A stretch of DNA of 64,000 nt, taken from the NCBI GenBank assembly GCA_964016885.1, contig OZ024741.1, positions 413,788,001 to 413,852,000 on the forward strand, written 5' to 3'. This document shows, in pieces, positions 46,541 to 61,800 of this stretch (the first letter of the stretch is position 1; every line of letters begins with the position of its first letter). The notes under the pieces are model-generated. The model was not told the DNA's origin. It saw nothing but the letters and a program-made list of their open reading frames with translations, and searched no databases. The stretch comes from Eledone cirrhosa (lineage: Eukaryota). Position numbers and translations under genes: made by a program.

Positions 46541-49500
46541 AGTGTGGACTGAGGACCTTTGTCATGTCACCAGCATGACCACTTTACAGTGTGGACTGAG
46601 GACCTTTGTCATGTCCCAGACATGACCACTTTAGAGTGTGGACTGAGGACCTTTGTCATGTCCCCGACATGACCACTTTACAGTGTGGACTGAGGACCTT
46701 TGTCATGTCCCCGACATGACCACTTTACAGTGTGGACTGAGGACCTTTGTCATGTCACCAGCATGACCACTTTACAGTGTGGACTGAGGACCTTTGTCAT
46801 GTCCCCGACATGACCACTTTACAGTGTGGACTGAGGACCTTTGTCATGTCACTGACACAACCACTTTACAGTGTGGACTGAGGACCTTTGTCATGTCAAC
46901 TACATGACCACTTTACAGTGTGGACTGAGGACCTTTGTCATGTCACCGACATGACCACTTTACAGTGTGGACTGAGGGTCTTTGTCATGTCACCGACACG
47001 ACCACTTTACAGTGTGGACTGAGGGTCTTTGTCATGTCACCGACACGACCACTTTACAGTGTGCACTGAGGACCTTTGTCATGTCACCAACTTGACCACT
47101 TTACAGTGTGGACTGAGGACCTTTGTCATGTCACTGACATGACCACTTTACAGTGTGGACTTAGGACCTTTGTCATGTCACCTACATGACCACTTTACAG
47201 TGTGGACTGAGGACCTTTGTCATGTCACTGACACGACCACTTTAAACTGTGGACTGAGGACCTTTGTCATGTCACCAGCATGACCACTTTACAGTGTGGA
47301 CTGAGGACCTTTGTCATGTCCCCGACATGACCACTTTACAGTGTGAACTGAGGATCTTTGTCATGTCACTGACACGTCCACGTTACAGTTTGGACTGAGG
47401 ACCTTTGTCATGTCACCTACATGACCACTTTACAGTGTGGACTGAGGACCTTTGTCATGTCACCGACATGACCACTTTACAGTGTGGACTGAGGACCTTT
47501 GTCATGTCACCTACATGACCACTTTACAGTGTGGACTGAGGACCTTTGTCATGTCACCAACACGACCACTTTACAGTGTGGACTGAGGACCTTTGTCATG
47601 TTACCGACACGACCACGTTACAGTGTGGACTGACGACCTTTGTAATGTCACCTACATGACCACTTTACAGTGTGGACTGAGGACCTTTGTCATGTCACTG
47701 ACACGACCACTTTAAACTGTGGACTGAGGACCTTTGTCATGTCACCAGCATGACCACTTTACAGTGTGGACTGAGGACCTTTGTCATGTCCCCGACATGA
47801 CCACTTTACAGTGTGAACTGAGGATCTTTGTCATGTCACCTACACGACCACTTTACAGTGTGGACTGAGGACCTTTATCATGTCCCCTACATGACCACTT
47901 TACAGTGTGGACTGAGGACCTTTGTCATGTCACTGACACGTCCACGTTACAGTGTGGACTGAGGACCTTTGTCATGTCACCTACACGACCACTTTACAGT
48001 GTGGACTGAGGACCTTTGTCATGTCACCTACACGACCACTTTACAGTGTGGACTGAGGACCTTTGTCATGTCACCGGCACGGCCACTTTACAGTGAGGAC
48101 TGAGGGTCTTTGTCATGTCACTGACACGACCACTTTACAGTGTGGACTGAGGACCTTTGTCATGTCACCTACATGACCACTTTACAGTGTGGACTGAGGA
48201 CCTTTGTCATGTTACTGACAAGACCACGTTACAGTGTGGACTGAGGACCTTTGTCATGTCACCGATACGACCACTTTACAGTGTGGACTGAGGACCTCTG
48301 TCATGTCACCTACATGACCATTTTACAGTGTGGACTGAGGACCTTTGTCATGTCACCGACACAACCACCTTACAGTGTGGACTGATGACCTTTGTCATGT
48401 CACCGACACAACCACTTTACAGTGTGGACTGAGGACCTTTATCATGTCACCTACATGACCACTTTACAGTGTGGGCTGAGGACGTTTATCATGTCACCTA
48501 CATGACCACTTTACAGTGTGGACTGAGGACCTTTGTCATGTCATTGACAGGACCACTTTACAGTGTGGACTGAGGACCTTTGTCATGTCACCGACACGTC
48601 CACTTTACAGTGTGGACTGAGGACCTTTGTCATGTGACCGACACGACCACTTTACAGTGTGGACTGAGGACCTTTGTCATGTCACCGATACGACAACTTT
48701 ACAGTGTGGACTGAGGACCTTTGTCATGTCACCTACATGACCATTTTACAGTGTGGACTGAGGACTTTTGCATGTCACCGACATGACCACTTTACAGTGT
48801 GGACTGAAGACCTTTGTAATGTCACCAACTTGACCACTTTACAGTGTGGACTGAGGAGCTTTGTCATGTCACCTACATGACCACTTTTCAGTGTGGACTG
48901 AGGACCTTTGTCATGTCACCAACACGACCACTTTACAGTGTGGACTGAGGACCTTTGTCATGTCACCAACTTGACCACTTAACAGTGTGGACTGAGGACT
49001 TTTGTCATGTCACCAACTTCACCACTTTACAGTGTGGACTGAGGACCTTTGTCATGTCACTGACATGACCACTTTAAACTGTGGACTGAGGACCTTTGCC
49101 ATGTCACTGACACGACCACTTTACAGTGTGGACTGAGGACCTTTGTCATGTCACCGACACGACCACTTTACAGTGTGGACTGAGGACCTTTGTCATGTCA
49201 CTGACACGACCACTTTACAGTGTGGACTGAGGACCTTTGTCATGTCACCGATACGACCACTTTACAGTGTGGACTGAGGTCCTTTGTCATGTCACTGACA
49301 CGACCACTTTACAGTGTGGACTGAGGACCTTTGTCATGTCACCGACACAACCACTTTACAGTGTGGACTGAGGACCTTTGTCATGTCACCGACACGACCA
49401 CTTTACAGTGTGGACTGAGGACCTTTGTCATGTCACAGACATGACCACTTTACAGTGTGGACTGAGGACCTTTGTCATGTCACCAGCATGACCACTTTAC

Positions 49501-52500
49501 AGTGTGGACTGAGGACCTTTGCCATGTCCTCGACATGACCACTTTACAGTGTGGACTGAGGACCTTTGTCATGTCACCAGCATGACCACTTTACAGTGTG
49601 GACTGAGGACCTTTGTCATGTCCCAGACATGACCACTTTAGAGTGTGGACTGAGGACCTTTGTGATGTCCCCGACATGACCACTTTACAGTGTGGACTGA
49701 GGACCTTTGTCATGTCCCCGACATGACCACTTTACAGTGTGGACTGAGGACCTTTGTCATGTCACCAGCATGACCACTTTACAGTGTGGACTGAGGACCT
49801 TTGTCATGTCCCTGACATGACCACTTTACAGTGTGGACTGAGGACCTTTGTCATGTCACTGACACAACCACTTTACAGTGTGGACTGAGGACCTTTGTCA
49901 TGTCAACTACATGACCACTTTACAGTGTGGACTGAGGACCTTTGTCATGTCACCGACATGACCACTTTACAGTGTGGACTGAGGGTCTTTGTCATGTCAC
50001 CGACACGACCACTTTACAGTGTGGACTGAGGGTCTTTGTCATGTCACCGACACGACCACTTTACAGTGTGCACTGAGGACCTTTGTCATGTCACCAACTT
50101 GACCACTTTACAGTGTGGACTGAGGACCTTTGTCATGTCACTGACATGACCACTTTACAGTGTGGACTTAGGACCTTTGTCATGTCACCTACATGACCAC
50201 TTTACAGTGTGGACTGAGGACCTTTGTCATGTCACTGACACGACCACTTTAAACTGTGGACTGAGGACCTTTGTCATGTCACCAGCATGACCACTTTACA
50301 GTGTGGACTGAGGACCTTTGTCATGTCCCCGACATGACCACTTTACAGTGTGAACTGAGGATCTTTGTCATGTCACTGACACGTCCACGTTACAGTTTGG
50401 ACTGAGGACCTTTGTCATGTCACCTACATGACCACTTTACAGTGTGGACTGAGGACCTTTGTCATGTCACCGACATGACCACTTTACAGTGTGGACTGAG
50501 GACCTTTGTCATGTCACCTACATGACCACTTTACAGTGTGGACTGAGGACCTTTGTCATGTCACCAACACGACCACTTTACAGTGTGGACTGAGGACCTT
50601 TGTCATGTTACCGACACGACCACGTTACAGTGTGGACTGACGACCTTTGTAATGTCACCTACATGACCACTTTACAGTGTGGACTGAGGACCTTTGTCAT
50701 GTCACTGACACGACCACTTTAAACTGTGGACTGAGGACCTTTGTCATGTCACCAGCATGACCACTTTACAGTGTGGACTGAGGACCTTTGTCATGTCCCC
50801 GACATGACCACTTTACAGTGTGAACTGAGGATCTTTGTCATGTCACCTACACGACCACTTTACAGTGTGGACTGAGGACCTTTATCATGTCCCCTACATG
50901 ACCACTTTACAGTGTGGACTGAGGACCTTTGTCATGTCACTGACACGTCCACGTTACAGTGTGGACTGAGGACCTTTGTCATGTCACCTACACGACCACT
51001 TTACAGTGTGGACTGAGGACCTTTGTCATGTCACCTACACGACCACTTTACAGTGTGGACTGAGGACCTTTGTCATGTCACCGGCACGACCACTTTACAG
51101 TGAGGACTGAGGGTCTTTGTCATGTCACTGACACGACCACTTTACAGTGTGGACTGAGGACCTTTGTCATGTCACCTACATGACCACTTTACAGTGTGGA
51201 CTGAGGACCTTTGTCATGTTACTGACAAGACCACGTTACAGTGTGGACTGAGGACCTTTGTCATGTCACCGATACGACCACTTTACAGTGTGGACTGAGG
51301 ACCTTTGTCATGTCACCTACATGACCATTTTACAGTGTGGACTGAGGACCTTTGTCATGTCACCGACACAACCACCTTACAGTGTGGACTGATGACCTTT
51401 GTCATGTCACCGACACAACCACTTTACAGTGTGGGCTGAGGACGTTTATCATGTCACCTACATGACCACTTTACAGTGTGGACTGAGGACCTTTGTCATG
51501 TCATTGACAGGACCACTTTACAGTGTGGACTGAGGACCTTTGTCATGTAACCGACACGTCCACTTTACAGTGTGGACTGAGGACCTTTGTCATGTGACCG
51601 ACACGACCACTTTACAGTGTGGACTGAGGACCTTTGTCATGTCACCGATACGACAACTTTACAGTGTGGACTGAGGACCTTTGTCATGTCACCTACATGA
51701 CCATTTTACAGTGTGGACTGAGGACTTTTGCATGTCACCGACATGACCACTTTACAGTGTGGACTGAAGACCTTTGTAATGTCACCAACTTGACCACTTT
51801 ACAGTGTGGACTGAGGAGCTTTGTCATGTCACCTACATGACCACTTTTCAGTGTGGACTGAGGACCTTTGTCATGTCACCAACACGACCACTTTACAGTG
51901 TGGACTGAGGACCTTTGTCATGTCACCAACTTGACCACTTAACAGTGTGGACTGAGGACTTTTGTCATGTCACCAACTTGACCACTTTACAGTGTGGACT
52001 GAGGACCTTTGTCATGTCACTGACATGACCACTTTAAACTGTGGACTGAGGACCTTTGCCATGTCACTGACACGACCACTTTACAGTGTGGACTGAGGAC
52101 CTTTGTCATGTCACCGACACGACCACTTTACAGTGTGGACTGAGGACCTTTGTCATGTCACTGACATGACCACTTTAAACTGTGGACTGAGGACCTTTGC
52201 CATGTCACTGACAAGACCACTTTACAGTGTGGACTGAGGACCTTTGTCATGTCACTGACACGACCACTTTACAGTGTGGACTGAGGACCTTTGTCATGTC
52301 ACCGATACGACCACTTTACAGTGTGGACTGAGGTCCTTTGTCATGTCACTGACACGACCACTTTACAGTGTGGACTGAGGACCTTTGTCATGTCACCGAC
52401 ACAACCACTTTACAGTGTGGACTGAGGACCTTTGTCATGTCACCGACACGACCACTTTACAGTGTGGACTGAGGACCTTTGTCATGTCACAGACATGACC

Positions 52501-55500
52501 ACTTTACAGTGTGGACTGAGGACCTTTGTCATGTCACCAGCATGACCACTTTACAGTGTGGACTGAGGACCTTTGCCATGTCACTGACACGACCACTTTA
52601 CAGTGTTGACTGAGGACCTTTGTCATGTCACAGACATGACCACTTTACAGTGTGGACTGAGGACCTTTGTAATGTCACCAACTTGACCACTTTACAGTGT
52701 GAACTGAGGACCTTTGTCATGTCACTGACACGACCACTTTACAGTGTGGACTGAGGACCTTTATCATGTCCCCGACATGACCACTTTACAGTGTGGACTG
52801 AGGACCTTTGTCATGTCACCAGCATGACCACTTTACAGTGTGGACTGAGGACCTTTGTCATGTCCCAGACATGACCACTTTAGAGTGTGGACTGAGGACC
52901 TTTGTCATGTCCCCGACATGACCACTTTACAGTGTGGACTGAGGACCTTTGTCATGTCCCCGACATGACCACTTTACAGTGTGGACTGAGGACCTTTGTC
53001 ATGTCAACTACATGACCACTTTACAGTGTGGACTGAGGACCTTTGTCATGTCACCGACATGACCACTTTACAGTGTGGACTGAGGGTCTTTGTCATGTCA
53101 CCGACACGACCACTTTACAGTGTGGACTGAGGGTCTTTGTCATGTCACCGACACGACCACTTTACAGTGTGCACTGAGGACCTTTGTCATGTCACCAACT
53201 TGACCACTTTACAGTGTGGACTGAGGACCTTTGTCATGTCACTGACATGACCACTTTACAGTGTGGACTTAGGACCTTTGTCATGTCACCTACATGACCA
53301 CTTTACAGTGTGGACTGAGGACCTTTGTCATGTCACTGACACGACCACTTTAAACTGTGGACTGAGGACCTTTGTCATGTCACCAGCATGACCACTTTAC
53401 AGTGTGGACTGAGGACCTTTGTCATGTCCCCGACATGACCACTTTACAGTGTGAACTGAGGATCTTTGTCATGTCACTGACACGTCCACGTTACAGTTTG
53501 GACTGAGGACCTTTGTCATGTCACCTACATGACCACTTTACAGTGTGGACTGAGGACCTTTGTCATGTCACCGACATGACCACTTTACAGTGTGGACTGA
53601 GGACCTTTGTCATGTCACCTACATGACCACTTTACAGTGTGGACTGAGGACCTTTGTCATGTCACCAACACGACCACTTTACAGTGTGGACTGAGGACCT
53701 TTGTCATGTTACCGACACGACCACGTTACAGTGTGGACTGACGACCTTTGTAATGTCACCTACATGACCACTTTACAGTGTGGACTGAGGACCTTTGTCA
53801 TGTCACTGACACGACCACTTTAAACTGTGGACTGAGGACCTTTGTCATGTCACCAGCATGACCACTTTACAGTGTGGACTGAGGACCTTTGTCATGTCCC
53901 CGACATGACCACTTTACAGTGTGAACTGAGGATCTTTGTCATGTCACCTACACGACCACTTTACAGTGTGGACTGAGGACCTTTATCATGTCCCCTACAT
54001 GACCACTTTACAGTGTGGACTGAGGACCTTTGTCATGTCACTGACACGTCCACGTTACAGTGTGGACTGAGGACCTTTGTCATGTCACCTACACGACCAC
54101 TTTACAGTGTGGACTGAGGACCTTTGTCATGTCACCTACACGACCACTTTACAGTGTGGACTGAGGACCTTTGTCATGTCACCGGCACGACCACTTTACA
54201 GTGAGGACTGAGGGTCTTTGTCATGTCACTGACACGACCACTTTACAGTGTGGACTGAGGACCTTTGTCATGTCACCTACATGACCACTTTACAGTGTGG
54301 ACTGAGGACCTTTGTCATGTTACTGACAAGACCACGTTACAGTGTGGACTGAGGACCTTTGTCATGTCACCGATACGACCACTTTACAGTGTGGACTGAG
54401 GACCTTTGTCATGTCACCTACATGACCATTTTACAGTGTGGACTGAGGACCTTTGTCATGTCACCGACACAACCACCTTACAGTGTGGACTGATGACCTT
54501 TGTCATGTCACCGACACAACCACTTTACAGTGTGGGCTGAGGACGTTTATCATGTCACCTACATGACCACTTTACAGTGTGGACTGAGGACCTTTGTCAT
54601 GTCATTGACAGGACCACTTTACAGTGTGGACTGAGGACCTTTGTCATGTAACCGACACGTCCACTTTACAGTGTGGACTGAGGACCTTTGTCATGTGACC
54701 GACACGACCACTTTACAGTGTGGACTGAGGACCTTTGTCATGTCACCGATACGACAACTTTACAGTGTGGACTGAGGACCTTTGTCATGTCACCTACATG
54801 ACCATTTTACAGTGTGGACTGAGGACTTTTGCATGTCACCGACATGACCACTTTACAGTGTGGACTGAAGACCTTTGTAATGTCACCAACTTGACCACTT
54901 TACAGTGTGGACTGAGGAGCTTTGTCATGTCACCTACATGACCACTTTTCAGTGTGGACTGAGGACCTTTGTCATGTCACCAACACGACCACTTTACAGT
55001 GTGGACTGAGGACCTTTGTCATGTCACCAACTTGACCACTTAACAGTGTGGACTGAGGACTTTTGTCATGTCACCAACTTGACCACTTTACAGTGTGGAC
55101 TGAGGACCTTTGTCATGTCACTGACATGACCACTTTAAACTGTGGACTGAGGACCTTTGCCATGTCACTGACACGACCACTTTACAGTGTGGACTGAGGA
55201 CCTTTGTCATGTCACCGACACGACCACTTTACAGTGTGGACTGAGGACCTTTGTCATGTCACTGACATGACCACTTTAAACTGTGGACTGAGGACCTTTG
55301 CCATGTCACTGACAAGACCACTTTACAGTGTGGACTGAGGACCTTTGTCATGTCACTGACACGACCACTTTACAGTGTGGACTGAGGACCTTTGTCATGT
55401 CACCGATACGACCACTTTACAGTGTGGACTGAGGTCCTTTGTCATGTCACTGACACGACCACTTTACAGTGTGGACTGAGGACCTTTGTCATGTCACCGA

Positions 55501-58500
55501 CACAACCACTTTACAGTGTGGACTGAGGACCTTTGTCATGTCACCGACACGACCACTTTACAGTGTGGACTGAGGACCTTTGTCATGTCACAGACATGAC
55601 CACTTTACAGTGTGGACTGAGGACCTTTGTCATGTCACCAGCATGACCACTTTACAGTGTGGACTGAGGACCTTTGCCATGTCACTGACACGACCACTTT
55701 ACAGTGTTGACTGAGGACCTTTGTCATGTCACAGACATGACCACTTTACAGTGTGGACTGAGGACCTTTGTAATGTCACCAACTTGACCACTTTACAGTG
55801 TGAACTGAGGACCTTTGTCATGTCACTGACACGACCACTTTACAGTGTGGACTGAGGACCTTTATCATGTCCCCGACATGACCACTTTACAGTGTGGACT
55901 GAGGACCTTTGTCATGTCACCAGCATGACCACTTTACAGTGTGGACTGAGGACCTTTGTCATGTCCCAGACATGACCACTTTAGAGTGTGGACTGAGGAC
56001 CTTTGTCATGTCCCCGACATGACCACTTTACAGTGTGGACTGAGGACCTTTGTCATGTCCCCGACATGACCACTTTACAGTGTGGACTGAGGACCTTTGT
56101 CATGTCACCTACATGACCACTTTACAGTGTGGACTGAGGACCTTTGTCATGTTACTGACAAGACCACGTTACAGTGTGGACTGAGGACCTTTGTCATGTC
56201 ACCGATACGACCACTTTACAGTGTGGACTGAGGACCTTTGTCATGTCACCTACATGACCATTTTACAGTGTGGACTGAGGACCTTTGTCATGTCACCGAC
56301 ACAACCACCTTACAGTGTGGACTGATGACCTTTGTCATGTCACCGACACAACCACTTTACAGTGTGGACTGAGGACCTTTATCATGTCACCTACATGACC
56401 ACTTTACAGTGTGGGCTGAGGACGTTTATCATGTCACCTACATGACCACTTTACAGTGTGGACTGAGGACCTTTGTCATGTCATTGACAGGACCACTTTA
56501 CAGTGTGGACTGAGGACCTTTGTCATGTCACCGACACGTCCACTTTACAGTGTAGACTGAGGACCTTTGTCATGTGACCGACACGACCACTTTACAGTGT
56601 GGACTGAGGACCTTTGTCATGTCACCGATACGACAACTTTACAGTGTGGACTGAGGACCTTTGTCATGTCACCTACATGACCATTTTACAGTGTGGACTG
56701 AGGACTTTTGCATGTCACCGACATGACCACTTTACAGTGAGGACTGAAGACCTTTGTAATGTCACCAACTTGACCACTTTACAGTGTGGACTGAGGAGCT
56801 TTGTCATGTCAGCTACATGACCACTTTTCAGTGTGGACTGAGGACCTTTGTCATGTCACCAACACGACCACTTTACAGTGTGGACTGAGGACCTTTGTCA
56901 TGTCACCAACTTGACCACTTAACAGTGTGGACTGAGGACTTTTGTCATGTCACCAACTTGACCACTTTACAGTGTGGACTGAGGACCTTTGTCATGTCAC
57001 TGACATGACCACTTTAAACTGTGGACTGAGGACCTTTGCCATGTCACTGACACGACCACTTTACAGTGTGGACTGAGGACCTTTGTCATGTCACCGACAC
57101 GACCACTTTACAGTGTGGACTGAGGACCTTTGTCATGTCACTGACACGACCACTTTACAGTGTGGACTGAGGACCTTTGTCATGTCACCGATACGACCAC
57201 TTTACAGTGTGGACTGAGGTCCTTTGTCATGTCACTGACACGACCACTTTACAGTGTGGACTGAGGACCTTTGTCATGTCACCGACACAACCACTTTACA
57301 GTGTGGACTGAGGACCTTTGCCATGTCACCGACACGACCACTTTACAGTGTGGACTGAGGACCTTTGTCATGTCACAGACATGACCACTTTACAGTGTGG
57401 ACTGAGGACCTTTGTCATGTCACCAGCATGACCACTTTACAGTGTGGACTGAGGACCTTTGCCATGTCACTGACACGACCACTTTACAGTGTTGACTGAG
57501 GACCTTTGTCATGTCACAGACATGACCACTTTACAGTGTGGACTGAGGACCTTTGTAATGTCACCAACTTGACCACTTTACAGTGTGAACTGAGGACCTT
57601 TGTCATGTCACTGACACGACCACTTTACAGTGTGGACTGAGGACCTTTATCATGTCCCCGACATGACCACTTTACAGTGTGGACTGAGGACCTTTGTCAT
57701 GTCACCAGCATGACCACTTTACAGTGTGGACTGAGGACCTTTGTCATGTCCCAGACATGACCACTTTAGAGTGTGGACTGAGGACCTTTGTCATGTCCCC
57801 GACATGACCACTTTACAGTGTGGACTGAGGACCTTTGTCATGTCCCCGACATGACCACTTTACAGTGTGGACTGAGGACCTTTGTCATGTCACCAGCATG
57901 ACCACTTTACAGTGTGGACTGAGGACCTTTGTCATGTCCCCGACATGACCACTTTACAGTGTGCACTGAGGACCTTTGTCATGTCACCAACTTGACCACT
58001 TTACAGTGTGGACTGAGGACCTTTGTCATGTCACTGACATGACCACTTTACAGTGTGGACTTAGGACCTTTGTCATGTCACCTACATGACCACTTTACAG
58101 TGTGGACTGAGGACCTTTGTCATGTCACTGACACGACCACTTTAAACTGTGGACTGAGGACCTTTGTCATGTCACCAGCATGACCACTTTACAGTGTGGA
58201 CTGAGGACCTTTGTCATGTCCCCGACATGACCACTTTACAGTGTGAACTGAGGATCTTTGTCATGTCACTGACACGTCCACGTTACAGTGTGGACTGAGG
58301 ACCTTTGTCATGTCACCTACATGACCACTTTACAGTGTGGACTGAGGACCTTTGTCATGTCACCGACATGACCACTTTACAGTGTGGACTGAGGACCTTT
58401 GTCATGTCACCTACATGACCACTTTACAGTGTGGACTGAGGACCTTTGTCATGTCACCAACACGACCACTTTACAGTGTGGACTGAGGACCTTTGTCATG

Positions 58501-58800
58501 TTACCGACACGACCACGTTACAGTGTGGACTGACGACCTTTGTAATGTCACCTACATGACCACTTTACAGTGTGGACTGAGGACCTTTGTCATGTCACTG
58601 ACACGACCACTTTAAACTGTGGACTGAGGACCTTTGTCATGTCACCAGCATGACCACTTTACAGTGTGGACTGAGGACCTTTGTCATGTCCCCGACATGA
58701 CCACTTTACAGTGTGAACTGAGGATCTTTGTCATGTCACCTACACGACCACTTTACAGTGTGGACTGAGGACCTTTATCATGTCCCCGACATGACCACTT
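46540..58800 (+). repeat. ~3-kb higher-order repeat, about four copies (63-66 monomers, one shortened to 40)
   Basis: A shared 1-bp deletion (GACTTTTGCATG) yields identical or near-identical ORFs at 48674, 51634, 54735 and 56614 (offsets 2960, 3101, 1879 = nx47-1). GTGCAC variants are at 47061, 50068, 53169 and 57961. Confidence 0.92.
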
Positions 58801-61800
58801 TACAGTGTGGACTGAGGACCTTTGTCATGTCCCCGACATGACCACTTTACAGTGTGGACTGAGGACCTTTGTCATGTCACGGACATTACCACTTTACAGT
58901 GTGGACTGAGGACCTTTGTCATGTCACGGACATTACCACTTTACAGTGTGGACTGAGGACCTTTGTCATGTGACCGACACGACCACTTTACAGTGTGGAC
59001 TGAGGACCTTTGTCATGTCACCGATACGACCACTTTACAGTGTGGACTGAGGACCTTTGTCATGTCACCTACATGACCATTTTACAGTGTGGACTGAGGA
59101 CTTTTGTCATGTCACCGACGTGACCACTTTACAGTGTGGACTGAAGACCTTTGTAATGTCACCAACTTGACCACTTTACAGTGTGGACTGAGGACCATTG
59201 TCATGTCACTACATGACCACTTTTCAGTGTGGACTGAGGACCTTTGTCATGTCACCAACACGACCACTTTACAGTGTGGACTGAGGACCTTTGTCATGTT
59301 ACCGACACGACCACGTTACAGTGTGGACGGAGGACCTTTGTCATGTCACCGACACGTCCACTTTACAGTGTGGACTGAGGACCTTTGTCATGTGACCGAC
59401 ATGACCTCTCTACAGTGTGGACTGAGGACCTTTGTCATGTGACCGACATGACCATTCTACAGTGTGGACTGAGGACCTTTGCCATGTCACCTACATGACC
59501 ACTTTACGGTGTGGACTGAGGACCTTTGTCATGTCGCTGACACGACCACTTTACAGTGTGGACTGAGGACCTTTGCCATGTCACCTACATGACCACTTTA
59601 CAGCGTGGACTGAGGACCTTTATCATGCCCCCGACATGACCACTTTACAGTGTGGACTGAGGACCTTTGTCATGTCACCGATACGACCTCTTTACAGTGT
59701 GGACTGAGGACCTTTGTCATGTCACTGACATGACCACTTTACAGTGTGGACTGAGGACCTTTGTCATGTCACCAACTTGACCATTTTACAGTGTGGACTG
59801 AGGACCTTTGTCATGTCACCGACACAACCACTTTAGAGTGTGGACTGATGACCTTTGTCATGTCACCGACACAACCACTTTACAGTGAGGACTGAGGACC
59901 TTTATCATGTCACCTACATGACCACTTTACAGTGTGGGCTGAGGACCTTTATCATGTCACCTACATGACCACTTTACAGTGTGGACTGAGGACCTTTGTC
60001 ATGTCACTGACAGGACCACTTTACAGTGTGGACTGAGGACCTTTGTCATGCCACCGACACGACCACTTTACAGTGTGGACTGAGGACATTTGTCATGTCA
60101 CGGACATGACCACATTACAGTGTGGACGGAGGACCTTTGTCATGTCACTGACACGACCACTTTGCAGTGTGGACTGAGGACCTTTGTCATGTCACCGACA
60201 TGACCACTTTGCAGTGTGGACTGAGGGTCTTTGTCATGTCACCGACACGACCACTTTACAGTGTGGACTGAGCACTTTTGTCATGTCACCAACCTGACCA
60301 CTTTACAGTGTGGACTGAGGACCTTTGTCATGTCACCAACTTGACCACTTTACAGTGTGGACTGAGGACTTTTGTCATGTCACCAACTTGACCACTTTAC
60401 AGTGTGGACTGAGGACCTTTGTCATGTCACTGACATGACCACTTTAAACTGTGGACTGAGGACCTTTGCCATGTCACTGACACGACCACTTTACAGTGTG
60501 GACTGAGGACCCTTGTCATGTCACCGACACGACCACTTTACAGTGTGGACTGAGGACCTTTGTCATGTCACCGACACGACCACTTTACAGTGTGGACTGA
60601 GGACCTTTGTCATGTCACCGACACGACCACTTTACAGTGTGGACTGAGGACCTTTGTCATGTCACTGACACGACCACTTTACAGTGTGGACTGAGGACCT
60701 TTGTCATGTCACCGACACAACCACTTTACAGTGTGGACTGAGGACCTTTGTCATGTCACCGACACGACCACTTTACAGTGTGGACTGAGGACCTTTGTCA
60801 TGTCACATACATGACCACTTTACAGTGTGGACTGAGGACCTTTGTCATGTCACCAGCATGACCACTTTACAGTGTGGACTGAGGACCTTTGCCATGTCAC
60901 TGACACGACCACTTTACAGTGTGGACTGAGGACCTTTGTCATGTCACAGACATGACCACTTTACAGTGTGGACTAAGGACCTTTGTCATGTCCCAGACAT
61001 GACCACTTTACAGTGTGGACTGAGGACCTTTGTCATGTCACCAGCATGACCACTTTACAGTGTGGACTGAGGTCCTTTGTCATGTCAGCTACATGACCAC
61101 TTTACAGTGTGGACTGAGGACCTTTGTCATGTCACCGACATGACCACTTTACAGTGTGGACTGAGGGTCTTTGTCATGTCACCGACACGACCACTTTACA
61201 GTGTGGACTGAGGGTCTTTGTCATGTCACCGACACGACCACTTTACAGTGTGCACTGAGGACCTTTGTCATGTCACCAACTTGACCACTTTACAGTGTGG
61301 ACTGAGGACCTTTGTCATGTCACTGACATGACCACTTTACAGTGTGGACTTATGACCTTTGTCATGTCACCTACATGACCACTTTACAGTGTGGACTGAG
61401 GACCTTTGTCATGTCACTGACACGACCACTTTAAACTGTGGACTGAGGACCTTTGTCATGTCACCAGCATGACCACTTTACAGTGTGGACTGAGGACCTT
61501 TGTCATGTCCCCGACATGACCACTTTACAGTGTGAACTGAGGAACTTTGTCATGTCACTGACACGTCCACGTTACAGTGTGGACTGAGGACCTTTGTCAT
61601 GTCACCTACACGACCACTTTACAGTGTGGACTGAGGACCTTTGTCATGTCACCGACATGACCACTTTACAGTGTGGACTGAGGACCTTTGTCATGTCACC
61701 AACACGACCACTTTACAGTGTGGACTGAGGACCTTTGTCATGTTACCGACACGACCACGTTACAGTGTGGACTGACGACCTTTGTAATGTCACCAACTTG

